Origin: Caecitellus pseudoparvulus
Taxonomy: Eukaryota; Protista; Bigyra: Bicosoecida
DNA length: 64,000 nucleotides
Direction of reading: 5' to 3'
Assembly: GCA_965644315.1 (NCBI GenBank)
Contig: CBFFRQ010000057.1
Span: 434,001 to 498,000 of the forward strand
The notes beneath the pieces were generated by a model that did not search any database, had not been told where the DNA came from, and saw only the letters and a program-made list of their open reading frames with translations. The translations under genes and the position numbers were made by a program. Of the stretch, positions 63,273 to 64,000 are shown one piece after another (position 1 is the stretch's first letter; every line of letters begins with the position of its first letter).

Positions 63273-64000
63273 ATGGCGTCAGAGTCCCTCTCCAGCAATG
63301 AGAAGAAGCTGTTTGAGAAGTACATCGGCAGTGTGAAGGGAAAGACCTGTGGTGGTCACTCTGCCCCAACAGTGTTGAAGCACCTCATCAAGAAGCACAA
63401 TGGCAACGAGGGAAAGCTGACCGATGCCATCGCACTGTGGCTCACAGGTACGGGTGCCTGACACACCAGCGCCAGCGCAGCAGCCTGGCACGGGACTCGC
63501 CCTTGGGTGCGCAGAGGAACTGAACGTCGACGACTTGAGCACATGGTCCAAGGCCCCCTCCACAAAGACCCGAGGCAAGGTGTGTACTGACGCGGCGATG
63601 CGCGAGGGCTGTGCACGCTGACGAAACGCCACCTCACACGCTGTTCTGCTTCCCCCCGCCTCCCCTCGTGCCAGGCCTCACACAAGCACAGCCAAGGCGG
63701 CAGCTACAGGCGAGATGACCACCAGCGCTCCTCCAGGCCGGGGCCCAGGCGCCAGGACGGCCCAGCAGGGTGCGTGACGAGCCCTGCCTGCAGCGGCGAC
63801 TTTTCCGCGTTGGTGCCAGCAGTTGGCAGTGGCAGTCACCTGCAGCGGCGCATGCCAGGCAGTGTTCAGCGCGCGTCTCGCACGTATCACTTTCATACGC
63901 CCCACATCGCAGGGCGAGGAAGCCTGGCATGGGCCGTGGCAGTGGCAGCGCTCAGGCACCTGCCCCAGCAGCTGCCACTGGTCGAGCAAGTGGCCGGGCA
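63273..64000 (+). CDS. Partial multi-exon gene, N-terminal UBA/CUE-like helical segment
   Basis: ATG 63273; LIKKHNGNEGKLTDAIALWL then WSKAPSTK; canonical splice sites near 63448, 63514, 63580, 63675; appears to run off the window. Confidence 0.45.

Overview
This is a eukaryotic (protist-like) genomic window: GC-rich, gene-dense, with short GT-AG introns of mostly ~68-97 nt. A stramenopile origin is plausible but is only inference. It has two compartments. (1) 1-~24 kb is a lower-GC block with two co-oriented, uninterrupted minus-strand reading frames. One is a 6299-aa RNF213/mysterin-like giant AAA+ ATPase with a mosaic N-terminal repeat array and an RBR-RING2(Rcat)-like Cys module in place of the RING/RZ finger. 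The other, missed by the ORF track, is a >=1306-aa protein with a helical N-terminus, a heavily decayed pseudokinase and ~17 SEL1 repeats (MLKL-like layout). Together they look like a candidate protist cell-autonomous immunity cassette. (2) 24-64 kb holds mostly intron-containing housekeeping or signalling genes: secreted PQQ-type propeller, S28 peptidase, intron-containing tRNA-Ile(UAU), DENN protein, PNUTS-like, MAF1, myristoylated EF-hand/permuted papain-like protein, inverted-domain membrane nucleotide cyclase, importin-4, PLAA/Doa1, cyclin T/K-like, Aurora kinase, an orphan, a P3A H+-ATPase homolog lacking its phospho-Asp, a cyclin, a TOM5-like gene with a 6-nt microexon, a GST-like gene and a partial gene. 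A recurrent AATGCA motif follows many stop codons and is a candidate poly(A) signal, palindromic between convergent genes. All calls come from reading motifs by eye; no searches were run.
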